A stretch of DNA of 64,000 nt. It comes from Macrostomum lignano. Taxonomy: Eukaryota. The translations under genes and the position numbers were made by a program. Position 1 is the first letter of the stretch. Each line of letters opens with the position of its first letter. The stretch spans positions 127,655 through 191,654 of the forward strand of contig NIVC01002216.1 in the NCBI GenBank assembly GCA_002269645.1. The letters are read 5' to 3'. A model generated the notes under the pieces. It did no database searches. It was not told the origin of the DNA and worked only from the letters and a program-made list of their open reading frames with translations. This document shows, piece by piece, positions 1-15,138 of this stretch.

Positions 1-1732
1 TGGCAATGGCAGCAGCAGTCACTGCGACGCTCGAATCGTCCTCTAGAGTGAGCGAGTGCACCGCGGCTTCTTCGACGAAGTTGCCCTTGAGCGGCAGGCG
101 GGAGAGGGAATCGCAGTTTCCGTGCTTCTCGGTCGGCCGGTACTCCATGGAGTACTGGTAGCCCGATAGTCGGATGGCCCACCTCTGCATTCTGGCAGCA
201 GCGCGCGTCGGGATTTCCTTGTCCGGGCCCAGCAGTCCGAGGAGCGGCCGATGATCCGTCACGATGGTAAAGTGGCGACCGTAAAGAAATTGGTGAAAGC
301 GCTGCACGCCGTAGATGATTGCCAGCGCCTCCTTGTCCAGCTGGGAGTAATTGCGCTGGGCTGAGGTCAGAGACTTGCTGGCGAACGCGATCGCTTGGTC
401 TTGGCCGTTAACGCGGTGGCTGAGCACGACGCCAATGCCGTATGCTGACGCGTCGCACTCCAGCCGAAGAGGCAAGTCCGGGTTGAAGTGCATCAGGGCA
501 CCAGAGTCCAGCAACAGCTGCTTTGAAGCACGGAAGGCCTGGTCCTCGGGATCGCCCCACTTCCAAGTTGCGCCCTTGGTAAGCAGGTGGTTGAGAGGTG
601 CTACAACCGACGCCAAGTCGGGCAGGAACTTTGCATAGTGAGTCAGCATGCCCAGGTAGGAGCGCACCTGACTCACATCGGTCGGCGCCGGCGCACGCTG
701 CACGGCCTCGATCTTGTCAGCGAGTGGCCGCAAACCGTGACGGTCGATCCGGTGACCCAGGTAGTCGATCGAATCTCTGAAGAAGGCGCACTTGGTCACG
801 TTGATGTGCAGACCGGCCTCTTGCAGCTTGTGCAGCACTTGCATCAGGTTGGCCTTGTGCGCAGCCAATGTAGAGCCCGTCACCAAGATGTCATCCTGGT
901 AGACTTGAACACCGTCGAGGTGCCCCACCAGGGTGTCGAGCACGCGCTGGAAGATGGCGCTGGCCGAGCAGATGCCGAAGGGCAAGCGGTTGACTTGAAA
1001 CAGTCCTCGCTGGGTGTTGACGACGAGGAACCGCTTGCTATCCTCGGAGATCGGCAGCTGCATAAACGCCTTGGCCAGGTCGAGCTTGCTCCACTTGTAG
1101 CCGCCGCCCAGCCGTGCGAACAGGTCCTCGATCCTCGGCAATGGATAGTGCTCCTGCTTGGCCACGCGGTTGAAGGTGCATTTGTAGTCTCCGCATATGC
1201 GCACCGAGCCATCCTTCTTAACGACCGGAACAATCGGCGCCGCCCAGTCGGAGGTGGTGATTGGAGTGATGACGCCCTCTGCTTCCATTCGCTGCAGCTC
1301 CTTGTCTACGCTGTCACGCAGGGCGTAAGGTACTGGCCGGGCCTTGTAGAAACGGGGCGTGGCGCTGTCCTGGACGTGCAACTTCACCTCCCCCAGTCGG
1401 TACTTGCCCAGGTTGTCCGCGAAGACGTCTGGAAACTGCTGAATTATTTCTGCAGCGATGTCGTTGGGGTTCTCCGCTACGGCGTTGACTGGAGCAGTCA
1501 AGCGGGGCTAGTCCAGTCGGATGGCCATCAGCCAGTTGCGGCCAAGGAGCCGAGCGCCGCCTTCGGACACGATGAGCAGTGGCAGCGCATAGGACTGTCC
1601 CTCATAGTTGATACTGACAGTCACCTCGCCGAGCGGGCAAAACTCCTGGTCAGTGTAGGTACGCAGTGTGGTCCTCGATGGGCGCAGCGGTAGGTGGCTG
1701 AGATGCTGGTCGTAGAAGGACTTTGGTGCCAA
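1..1732 (-). pseudogene. pol: pol (protease C-terminus, RT, RNase H) with an in-frame TAG at 1508-1510
   Basis: IRLD-TAG sits where LDW is typical. The frame is then open to position 1, with YQDD near 890-902 and RNase H motifs. Confidence 0.85.
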
Positions 1733-2649
1733 GCTGCAGCTGATCCGGTGTCCAGCTCAAACTGCGTCAGCGTCTTTTCCACCTGCAGAGGCACCATGAT
1801 GGCCGACCGGGAGGCGCTCGATACGTGGAAGATGGGCTCCTCCTCCTGTTCGTCCTCTGTGGCGGAGTCAGACTCGTCTACCATCTTGATGGAAGCATTG
1901 GATGAACGGCAGACCTTCTTGAGATGACCGAGCCTGCCGCAGCCGTGGCACTTGGCGCTGCGATGCCTGCAGGTCTGTCGCGAATGAGAGCCTCCGCAGC
2001 TGTCGCAACGGTTAGTCTTGGGCGATGCCGCGCCGGCAGATGGTCTCATCGAGTTGGCTTGCCTGCTGCTGGGGCGTGCGGTTGCAGCTGGTTGAGCCGT
2101 GACTCGGTGTGTAGATGACGGTAGCGACATTTCGTTTGAAGATCTCTGCGAAGTCTCCAAGGAAATAGCCAGGGTGGTCAGCGCCTCGTAGGAGTTGTTC
2201 GCACTCTCCAACAACTTGGAGCGCATTGCATCGCTACTCATGCCGAATACCAGCTGATCACGAAGTCGCTCATTCAGTGTTGAGCCGAAATTGCAGTGCA
2301 CCGCCGCAGACTTGAGACCTGCCAGGAAGACTGTGAACGATTCGCCTTCTTGCTGCATCCTGCGCTGAAACTTGAATCTGGCAGCAATCTCGGAAGGAGC
2401 AGGTGAGCAGTGGTTCTTAAGGACGTCTCTGAGTTGCTCGAATGTCTTAGTGGTCAGCTTGTCCGGATGGCACAGGTCCCGAAGCAGTTTGTAGTGTTTC
2501 TCTCCAATGGCAGTGAGAAATGTAGCGCGCTTGGCCTCGGTGGACTCGACCTTGTTGCAGATGAAATACTGCTCCATTCTCTCCGCGTAAATCTCGAAGT
2601 CGGAGTCTTGTGTGAGCTCCGGAATCCGTCCATTTGAACTCGTCGCCAT
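1621..2649 (-). pseudogene. gag: gag-protease ORF of the Gypsy element, frameshifted just after the DTG motif
   Basis: 342-aa ORF with zinc knuckles and DTGS. The protease continues in another frame (LAPKSFYDQHL...LLGRNWLMAIRLD). Adding one base near 1733-1736 restores DTGSAASLAPKSFY. Confidence 0.85.
2639..2648 (-). promoter_or_regulatory. Primer-binding site TGGCGACGAG (tRNA-Ser-type 3' end)
   Basis: Starts 1 nt after the LTR CA. Complementary to ...CUCGUCGCCA, the 3' end of metazoan tRNA-Ser(GCU) as recalled. Confidence 0.7.
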
Positions 2650-2927
2650 TGTAGTAAATCAGCTATGCTGCTTGTTTAAAGTGGTTGAAGACTACGAGAG
2701 AGCTATCAAAGCTCTGATGTCTGTATTTATATTGTAAAGCGATGCTACGTGCGCGAGAGTGATGACATAATTTAAGCGTACACAATTGCCCATAACTAAA
2801 ATAGCAATAACTCAAACCTAACGTGCCAAGCTTGCGTAGATAATAATAGAGAAACAAATAATAGGAAAGTACAAATACAAATCAATACTCGTACTGAGTG
2901 CATGCACATACTTGTAGCTACACGACA
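2650..2927 (-). repeat. 5' LTR (278 bp), TGTCGTG...TACTACA
   Basis: Canonical TG...CA termini, internal AATATAAATA TATA-like box, directly followed by a PBS. The partner LTR is outside the window. Confidence 0.8.
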
Positions 2928-3322
<395 letters not shown>

Positions 3323-3685
3323 TCCTAGACTCACCAGCCATACAGCAGTCCCCGCCGTGAAAGTTGCAGCCAAAGCAAGCCAGACCAGCCGCCAGAGCTA
3401 GAATCCAGCTAGCCCGCATGCTGAGAGCTGTTTCGTACCTTCTATTATTATACGAGTATTTTTTGTTGAGCAGTCGCGCTGATAGCAAATGAGGGAAAGG
3501 ATGTACTTTTCAAAATATTTTCATAAAACGCGTCAGCTGCAGCAGCTTCCAGAAATTGCCTCGAGTGATTCTAAACTGTCTATGGGCCTGTGACTTTCTT
3601 GTGCTTGCTGGCTGTCTTGAAGAGAGACCCACTGACTCGTACGTGTAAAGCAAATTTAGAAATCATTTATTTTAAAGTGCTGCAA

Positions 3686-5081
3686 ATGCGTGCCACTGCT
3701 TTCAATTGCTTTGTTCTCCTGCCTCTGCTGCTCCTGCTGAGTCGGGTCGGTTCTGCCTGCAAGAGCGGCGGTACTGGTAAGCTGACGCAGTCCTTCCTCA
3801 GCTTCAGGGCAGCCAACACCTTGGTTCCACAATCTTAAAACCACCAAAGTGATGGGCCAGAATCCCAGCCTTCTGAAACTTTAGGTTAGGGGTCGGCAAA
3901 CTCTGGCCCGCGGACCACATGCAGCCCGCTAAGCCTCTCTACTTTGGCCCTCGGAGGGTCCTATATTCTATATTCTATCTGGCCCTGAAGCCCTCAAATA
4001 CTATTGGCTTCTTGAGTTGATTTTCTTATTTATTTCTGAGTTACATGGGGTGTAAACCGTGGGGAGTGTAATGTATTTGGGTTGAAGCTACATATAAATG
4101 AAGCTTAAATTAAATTCAAATTCAGCACTCCTAGTCCCCCATGGAGACAAAGCTATGATCCTATCAAACATGAACTATTTTATTTATATACCTAAAGTTC
4201 AAGAAGTTCAAAATTCTCAGACCCCGGATTTCAAAATTAAACTGTGCTCCTGAAGATTCTTTAAAAAATATTGAAAATTCAAATCGTGCAGCAGCAATCC
4301 ACCCCGTCCCAATGCCCTCCACAGCAGCCACTGCCGGTAGAACTTCGACCAGAGTCAATCGGCCTTCATCTGTGCAGGCCGCGGCGGCGACTTCCGCGGA
4401 AAAAGTGGAGCAACTCGCGACAGAGGATGCTGCCGTGCCCACGGCTCCAGGGACTGCGGGGTCAGGAACGCCTGACGCCGGCAAAGCGGTTCTATCGCGG
4501 TAGGGGAGGGAGCTGCTTCTCGGTTCTGACACACCTGGTTCCCGGCTCTGACACACCTGGTTCCCGGCTCTGACATACCTGGTTCCCGGCTCTGACGTAC
4601 CTGGTTTCTCGGCTCTGACATACCTGGTTCCCGGCTCTGACATACCTGGTTCCCGGCTCTGACGTACCTGGTTTCTCGGCTCTGACACACCTGGTTCGCG
4701 GCTCTGACATACCTGGTTCCCGGCTCTGACACACCAGGTTCCCGGCTCTGACATACCTGGTTTCTCGGCTCTGACACACCTGGTTCCCGGCTCTGACATA
4801 CCTGGTTCCCGGCTCTGACACATCTGGTTCCCGGCTCTGACCCCCTGGTTCCCGGCTCTGAAGCACATGATTCCTTTCTCTGACACAGCACTGACTCACC
4901 TTTCTGCAGTAGTGAAATTATAACAAAGACTGTTTATTTCAATATCTGCAGAGAGGCCTTAAAACCCTCGATGACAAAACCGGAAGATGAACCGAAGCCG
5001 AGGCCTCAGTCTGGATCAGGAAAGCAGAAGACAGAAGCCACAGAGACGGTCGCAGTGAAGGCAATCGCTGGCGCCGCTTAG
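3686..5081 (+). CDS. Putative small secreted Ala/Thr/Pro-rich protein, 3 exons (3686-3776, ~4292-4499, 4952-5081), ~143 aa
   Basis: Signal-peptide-like exon MRATAFNCFVLLPLLLLLSRVGSACKSGGT ends at G|GTAAGC. Phases 1 and 2 join in frame to an open terminal exon ending TAG. No family recognised. Confidence 0.55.
3887..3935 (+). mobile_element. hAT (Charlie-like) DNA-transposon terminus remnant
   Basis: TAGGGGTCGGCAAACTCTGGCCCGCGGACC resembles the CAGGGGTCGGCAAAC..GGCCCGCGGGCC ends of hAT-Charlie MITEs. No matching opposite end was found. Confidence 0.5.
4518..4861. repeat. 22/23-bp minisatellite (CTGACACACCTGGTTCCCGGCT), ~15 copies, intronic
   Basis: Directly visible tandem units. Confidence 0.97.
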
Positions 5082-5432
5082 GGGATCGGGGAGAATTTCA
5101 TTGTGACAATGATCGCATGTTTAGTGATAGACTTATTTCTCCATGAGCATTTCTTTTCTCTTCAGCATGAGTCGCATGCCCTTTGTTTTTCCGCAGGCAC
5201 GAGACATTGGCTAGGTTAGCTTAAAACCTTTGCTTACAAATAATTTTCACCATTTACGGTAAATCAGCATTGAGCTGAAGAGATTTCTATGAGCGCAGTA
5301 TCGATACAAAGTTATTTAAAATTTAACAATAAACAAAAAGATTCAAGTAGCTTTTTGAGCTGAAAATCGATTCAATTCGAAGCAGACTGGTAATCTGTGT
5401 TCGACTCTTCACTATACGATGTGTCACAAGTG

Positions 5433-5568
5433 CTCACTCACTCACTCACTCACTCACTCACTCACTCACTCACTCACTCACTCACTCACTCACTCACTCA
5501 CTCACTCACTCACTCACTCACTCACTCACTCACTCACTCACTCACTCACTCACTCACTCACTCACTCA
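5433..5568. repeat. (CTCA)n microsatellite
   Basis: Directly visible. Confidence 0.98.
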
Positions 5569-5640
5569 CACTCCCTCATAAAGTCATGAACTCATGAAAG
5601 CAAATTCGATGTGTTGCTTTGAAAATGACTTCAGCGAGCA

Positions 5641-5975
5641 TGTCACCAACCTATCAACACCCTGTCACCACCCTGTCACCACCCTGTCACCTCCCTATCA
5701 CCACCATGTCACCACCCTGTCACCACCCTGTCACCACCCTGTCACCACCCTGTCACCACCCTGTCACACCCTGTCACCTCCCTATCACCACCATGTCACC
5801 ACCCTGTCACCACCCTGTCACCACCCTATCACCACCCTGTCACCACCCTGTCACACCCTGTCACCTCCCTATCACCACCATGTCACCACCCTGTCACCAC
5901 CCTGTCACCTCCCTATCAACACCCTGTCACCACCCTGTCACCACCCTGTCACACCCTGTCACCACCCTGTCACCA
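5641..5975. repeat. 11-bp minisatellite (CCCTGTCACCA)n with variants
   Basis: Directly visible. Confidence 0.95.
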
Positions 5976-6291
5976 CTCTGTTGCACCGGTTAAAATTATC
6001 GGTAGGGGTAGAGCAAGTAAGATCAGATACCGGATGTAGGTGTCGGTAGGGGAGATCAGAAGCCGAATGTAGCAATGGGTTCTACGGTTTCTGTGAGGGA
6101 TGCTCGAGTGATCATGAGGTCACAGCGTAATGTCTATGGTCCAAAGTGTCCAGAAAGTCTCTAAAAATTCACCGATAAAATGCGATAAAACCAACAGTTT
6201 CAAAGCGAGAAGTGCAGCAAAAAATTTGCCCAATAGAAGATGCTTTCAGAAGTTGAAGAGCTCTAATCAGACTCAGCGGTCGGTCAGTGTG

Positions 6292-8546
<2,255 letters not shown>

Positions 8547-9360
8547 CATTGACCTGGGCTGAGCGCCTCCTGACTTCCTAGCAGCACGCGTAGCTTTATT
8601 TTGAGGATCGTTAACTTACTTTTTTGCAGGCAGGTTTCGAAAATAAAATACAGTTTTGAGAATATTTTGAGGCTTTTTATTTTTTCATCGGGTTCTGAGA
8701 AAAAAATAGCGAAAATGTGTTCAAAGGTGTTTTTTAATTAATTTAGTCTATGGCTAAAAAGTGTCCCGCTGGGAAAACTTTAGCTGCGACGACGAAGGAG
8801 GGAAGGATTCAGGGATAAGGAAGGAGGGATTTTAATTTCATTTTTTCTTAGTTTACAATTCCATACAAATATTACAATTAATTTGAATTTGCTGCAATTT
8901 CTAGTCAAATACAAGCGAAGCGATTCGATGTATAATACTTAGTAAGGCTTTGTTTGATCGAGTCAAAATCGACAAGGCTGTCGTCTTCTACTACCCTGTC
9001 GTGCTAGTCGTCACCATGTCGGTCGCTGCAAATTTTTTTAGTGGGGTGACTTGTCAGCAAATTTAAGAGACTACTAGAGGCTTTCTCTGCAGGATTCAGA
9101 CAAAGCTTTTTATTTGCTTACACAGTCTATGGAAATTCACTGCTTTTTGTCTGGCAATACTGAAAATTGCCACAATAAATTGTGCGGCTTTATGCGAAAA
9201 TACACGAAATCTGGTTAATTTTTGCAGCCAAAAATTTCTTGCCACGTTTAAAAACACCTGCAAAACCAAGTGAGTGCCAACTGGAATCATCTTGCCTGTT
9301 TCTATTTAAAGGATTGGCATGTGAAATTCAGTGAAGGAAGACGAAGAGAAACAAAAGATT

Positions 9361-9768
<408 letters not shown>

Positions 9769-9811
9769 GAGATATTTAGCACTAACCTTCCCATCTGCAA
9801 GGCTCCAACAG

Positions 9812-12800
9812 AACGAGTCCAGCTGCACCTGCCACCCCGCCCCGCAGTGCTGAAGGACATTATCCAATTGATCGCCGCCTCGCCGGCAAACCCGCTGCTG
9901 CCCAACGCCGAGTCGCTGCTGCTCGGGCAGGACCGGCGCCAGTTCTCAGTGATCTTCGACCAGCTGGATGCCGACAAGGACAAGAAGTTGAACGCCGCCG
10001 AGCTGCGGAGCCTCTTCAGCCTGCTGTTCGGCGACCCGGTGAGCACAGAGCACCTGCTGCACTTTGAGAATCGCTACCTGCTGCAGTACGGCGAGCACGG
10101 CGGCCTGAGCAAGGCGAAGTTCTTCGCCATTCTTGAGGACTACGACGAGTCGTACGGCTACAACGTTGGAGACGACATCTTTGAGTTCTACAACCACTTT
10201 GTCCAGGAGGAGTCGGGTAGAATTTCCCCAAGGGTCCTGTGCCAGGCGATCTCGGTGATGCTGCCGCAGGCTGTGAGTGATGCAACTGTATTACACATAG
10301 AATTACCTGTTTTGCTCATAGGAATTCGGCGTATTCGACCGCAGCACATGTCTCATGAGCTTTACACTATCAGTTCTTCACGTTTTTAACATAGGTCACA
10401 GAATTCACTATCTGTTTGCGCATGCGGAGACAACACTGACCAAACAGATAGTGAATTCTGTTTGATGTGCATGCGGAGACAACACTGACCAAACAGATAG
10501 TGAATTCTGTTTGATGCGCATGCGGAGACAACACTGACCAAACAGATAGTGAATTCTGTTTGATGTGCATGCGGAGACAACACTGACCAAACAGATAGTG
10601 AATTCTGTTTGATGTGCATGCGGAGACAACACTGACCAAACAGATAGTGAATTCTGTTTGATGCGCATGCGGAGACAACACTGACCAAACAGATAGTGAA
10701 TTCTGTTTGATGTGCATGCAGAGACAACACTGACCAAACAGATAGTGAATTCTGTTTGATGTGCATGCGGAGACAACACTGACCAAACAGATAGTGAATT
10801 CTGTTTGATGTGCATGCGGAGACAACACTGACCAAACAGATAGTGAATTCTGTTTGATGTGCATGCGGAGACAACACTGACCAAACAGATAGTGAATTCT
10901 GTTTGATGCGCATGCGGAGACAACACTGACCAAACAGATAGTGAATTCTGTTTGCGCATGCGGAGACAACACTGACCAAACAGTTAGTGAATTCTGTTTG
11001 ATGCGCATGCGGAGACAACACTGACCAAACAGATAGTGAATTCTGTTTGCGCATGCGGAGACAACACTGACCAAACAGATAGTGAATTCTGTTTGCGCAT
11101 GCGGAGACAACACTGACCAAACAGATAGTGAATTCTGTTTGATGTGCATGCGGAGACAACACTGACCAAACAGATAGTGAATTCTGTTTGATGCGCATGC
11201 GGAGACAACACTGACCAAACAGATAGTGAATTCTGTTTGATGCGCATGCGGAGACAACACTGACCAAACAGATAGTGAATTCTGTTTGATGCGCATGCGG
11301 AGACAACACTGACCAAACAGATAGTGAATTCTGTTTGATGTGCATGCGGAGACAACACTGACCAAACAGATAGTGAATTCTGTTTGATGTGCATGCGGAG
11401 ACAACACTGACCAAACAGATAGTGAATTCTGTTTGATGCGCATGCGGAGACAACACTGACCAAACAGATAGTGAATTCTGTTTGATGCGCATGCGGAGAC
11501 AACACTGACCAAACAGATAGTGAATTCTGTTTGATGTGCATGCGGAGACAACACTGACCAAACAGATAGTGAATTCTGTTTGATGTGCATGTGGAGACAA
11601 CACTGACCAAACAGATAGTGAATTCTGTTTGATGTGCATGTGGAGACAACACTGACCAAACAGATAGTGAATTCTGTTTGATGTGCATGCGGAGACAACA
11701 CTGACCAAACAGATAGTGAATTCTGTTTGATGCGCATGCGGAGACAACACTGACCAAACAGATAGTGAATTCTGTTTGATGTGCATGCGGAGACAACACT
11801 GACCAAACAGTTAGTGAATTCTGTTTGATGCGCATGCGGAGACAACACTGACCAAACAGATAGTGAATTCTGTTTGATGTGCATGCGGAGACAACACTGA
11901 CCAAACAGATAGTGAATTCTGTTTGATGCGCATGCGGAGACAACACTGACCAAACAGATAGTGAATTCTGTTTGATGTGCATGTGGAGACAACACTGACC
12001 AAACAGATAGTGAATTCTGTTTGATGCGCATGCGGAGACAACACTGACCAAACAGATAGTGAATTCTGTTTGATGCGCATGCGGAGACAACACTGACCAA
12101 ACAGATAGTGAATTCTGTTTGATGTGCATGCGGAGACAACACTGACCAAACAGATAGTGAATTCTGTTTGATGTGCATGCGGAGACAACACTGACCAAAC
12201 AGATAGTGAATTCTGTTTGATGTGCATGCGGAGACAACACTGACCAAACAGATAGTGAATTCTGTTTGATGCGCATGCGGAGACAACACTGACCAAACAG
12301 ATAGTGAATTCTGTTTGATGCGCATGCGGAGACAACACTGACCAAACAGATAGTGAATTCTGTTTGATGCGCATGCGGAGACAACACTGACCAAACAGAT
12401 AGTGAATTCTGTTTGATGCGCATGCGGAGACAACACTGACCAAACAGATAGTGAATTCTGTTTGATGCGCATGCGGAGACAACACTGACCAAACAGATAG
12501 TGAATTCTGTTTGATGCGCATGCGGAGACAACACTGACCAAACAGATAGTGAATTCTGTTTGATGTGCATGCGGAGACAACACTGACCAAACAGATAGTG
12601 AATTCTGTTTGATGCGCATGCGGAGACAACACTGACCAAACAGATAGTGAATTCTGTTTGATGTGCATGCGGAGACAACACTGACCAAACAGATAGTGAA
12701 TTCTGTTTGATGTGCATGCGGAGACAACACTGACCAAACAGATAGTGAATTCTGTTTGATGTGCATGCGGAGACAACACTGACCAAACAGATAGTGAATT

Positions 12801-13917
12801 CTGTTTGATGCGCATGCGGAGACAACACTGACCAAACAGATAGTGAATTCTGTTTGATGTGCATGCGGAGACAACACTGACCAAACAGATAGTGAATTCT
12901 GTTTGATGTGCATGTGGAGACAACACTGACCAAACAGATAGTGAATTCTGTTTGATGTGCATGCGGAGACAACACTGACCAAACAGATAGTGAATTCTGT
13001 TTGATGCGCATGCGGAGACAACACTGACCAAACAGATAGTGAATTCTGTTTGATGTGCATGCGGAGACAACACTGACCAAACAGATAGTGAATTCTGTTT
13101 GATGTGCATGTGGAGACAACACTGACCAAACAGATAGTGAATTCTGTTTGATGCGCATGCGGAGACAACACTGACCAAACAGATAGTGAATTCTGTTTGA
13201 TGTGCATGCGGAGACAACACTGACCAAACAGATAGTGAATTCTGTTTGATGCGCATGCGGAGACAACACTGACCAAACAGATAGTGAATTCTGTTTGATG
13301 CGCATGCGGAGACAACACTGACCAAACAGATAGTGAATTCTGTTTGATGCGCATGCGGAGACAACACTGACCAAACAGATAGTGAATTCTGTTTGATGTG
13401 CATGCGGAGACAACACTGACCAAACAGATAGTGAATTCTGTTTGATGTGCATGCGGAGACAACACTGACCAAACAGTTAGTGAATTCTGTTTGATGCGCA
13501 TGCGGAGACAACACTGACCAAACAGAATTCACTATCCGTTAACACGCATCGCCCGCATTCGCTGGCCCGCAGTGCCGCAGGGACATGAGCTTCCTGCTAG
13601 CCAGGCTGACAAACGCCTCAAAAACTGGCAGCGAGATCAATTACGAAACCTTCCGCAACGTCATCACGGACTTGTTCAGCATCAACATGCAACTGCTGGC
13701 CAGGAGCAGCGCCAGCAGCTCAACGGATGAAGGCTCAAGCGTCAAGCACCCATTGTACCAGGAGATGCTGGCGCAGCGGGTGGCCAGCTTCCAGGCTGAC
13801 AGACGCGACGCGGGCTCGCTCCGCTGCTTGCTGGAGAAAGTGGCCGAAGAGCTGATAGCGATGTCGAACGAGGAGGATCCGTATAATGCTAGGGGAGGAT
13901 CGGGAAGGCAGCCGTGA
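9812..13917 (+). CDS. EF-hand-domain protein; exons 9812-10272 and 13573-13917 (5' exons unresolved)
   Basis: EF-hand loop FDQLDADKDKKLNAAELRSLF plus degenerate loops (GGLSKAKF, ESGRISPRVL, GSEINYETF). Donor GCT|GTGAGT joins in phase 0 to CCGCAG|TGC CGC AGG GAC ATG. Confidence 0.7.
10397..13535. repeat. 49-bp satellite array (~63 copies) filling the EF-hand gene intron
   Basis: Unit CAAACAGATAGTGAATTCTGTTTGATG(T/C)GCATGCGGAGACAACACTGAC, near-identical copies, a few 46-bp variants. Confidence 0.98.
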
Positions 13918-14504
13918 CAACTGGACAATGCAGCAATTTTGATATACATCGTACAAGTGTTTGTTTCCGGGACCCAAGCTATGCACGTATAAAATTTAAT
14001 ACATGTAATTGAACTCCTCCCCCCAATCTACATAATCTAATTACCTCAAACTTTTTCCAACAGGTGTTCCGATAGCAAGCTTTTGGGAACCGAAGCACCC
14101 ATTTAAGTTTCTAGCTGATTTTATAACGATAATCTGAATTCGTCTCCCCCAAACACGGAAGGAGAGCGGGAAAGTATATTTAGGACTTGTAACAGGGTTT
14201 AATTAGGATAGGAAATTAAAGCACCCTTGAAACACCTTATTTTAAAAGCATTTCATTAATAAATATTCAATGCTATACTAAATATTCGAACAACTTTTTC
14301 CACCTAAGCCGTCGTCATCCTTTTGACAGCTAAAATGACGAGTTTACATTGAAACACGCTAGACCGCCATTGTAGAACTCAAAACTACGGATCGGAAAAC
14401 CAACACCCGAATAAATGATCATAGCCACTGTTTAGTGCTTCCTTAATCGATAACCAGCATCTGGAATTTGTTTGCAGAAAAATTTGAACTCGTTAAGACT
14501 GGAC

Positions 14505-15138
14505 TTGACCCGGATCCAGGTGTGCTGTGGGTCGATTGATCGGAACCATCTCGGATCCAGGTGTGCTGTGGGTCGATTGATCGGAACCATCTCGGATCCA
14601 GGTGTGCTGTGGGTCGATTGACCGGAACCATCTCGGATCCAGGTGTGCTGTGGGTCGATTGACCGGAACCATCTCGGATCCAGGTGTGCTGTGGGTCGAT
14701 TGACTCGAACCATCTCGGATCCAGGTGTGCTGTGGGTCGATTGACCGGAACCATCTCGGATCCAGGTGTGCTGTGGGTCGATTGACCGGAACCATCTCGG
14801 ATCCAGGTGTGCTGTGGGTCGATTGACCGGAACCATCTCGGATCCAGGTGTGCTGTGGGTCGATTGACCGGAACCATCTCGGATCCAGGTGTGCTGTGGG
14901 TCGATTGACTCGAACCATCTCAGATCCAGGTGTGCTGTGGGTCGATTGACCGGAACCATCTCGGATCCAGGTGTGCTGTGGGTCGATTGACCGGAACCAT
15001 CTCGGATCCAGGTGTGCTGTGGGTCGATTGACTCGAACCATCTCGGATCCAGGTGTGCTGTGGGTCGATTGATCGGAACCATCTCGGATCCTGGTGTGCT
15101 GTGGGTCGATTGACCGGAACCAACCCGGATCCAGGTGA
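14505..15138. repeat. 41-bp minisatellite (GGATCCAGGTGTGCTGTGGGTCGATTGACCGGAACCATCTC), ~15 copies
   Basis: Directly visible. Confidence 0.97.

Larger units (their letters stand above)
1..2927 (-). mobile_element. Ty3/Gypsy LTR retrotransposon (K02A2.6-like), 5' half: LTR-PBS-gag-protease-RT-RNase H; continues off the left edge
   Basis: Minus-strand translation gives gag with Cys/His knuckles (CDSCGGSHSRQTC, CHGCGRLGHLKKVC), protease FELDTGS, RT (WAAPIVPVVKKDGSVRICGDYK, LPFGICSASAIFQR, VYQDDILV) and RNase H (LECDASAYGIGVVL, NYSQLDKEALA, TDHRPL). The PR-RT-RH order is Gypsy-type. Confidence 0.95.

Noticed and set aside
587-1693. 368-aa plus-strand ORF
   Set aside because: Antisense shadow of the GC-rich Gypsy pol.
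1500-1745. Programmed frameshift or stop read-through in Gypsy gag-pol
   Set aside because: The shift falls inside the protease just after DTG with no slippery heptamer, and the TAG replaces a conserved Trp; both look like lesions.
10370-13532. 1043-, 822-, 573- and 466-aa Cys-rich minus-strand ORFs
   Set aside because: All three frames of a stop-free 49-bp unit give the same 49-aa repeat. The region is an intron of a plus-strand gene and shows no codon-level variation.
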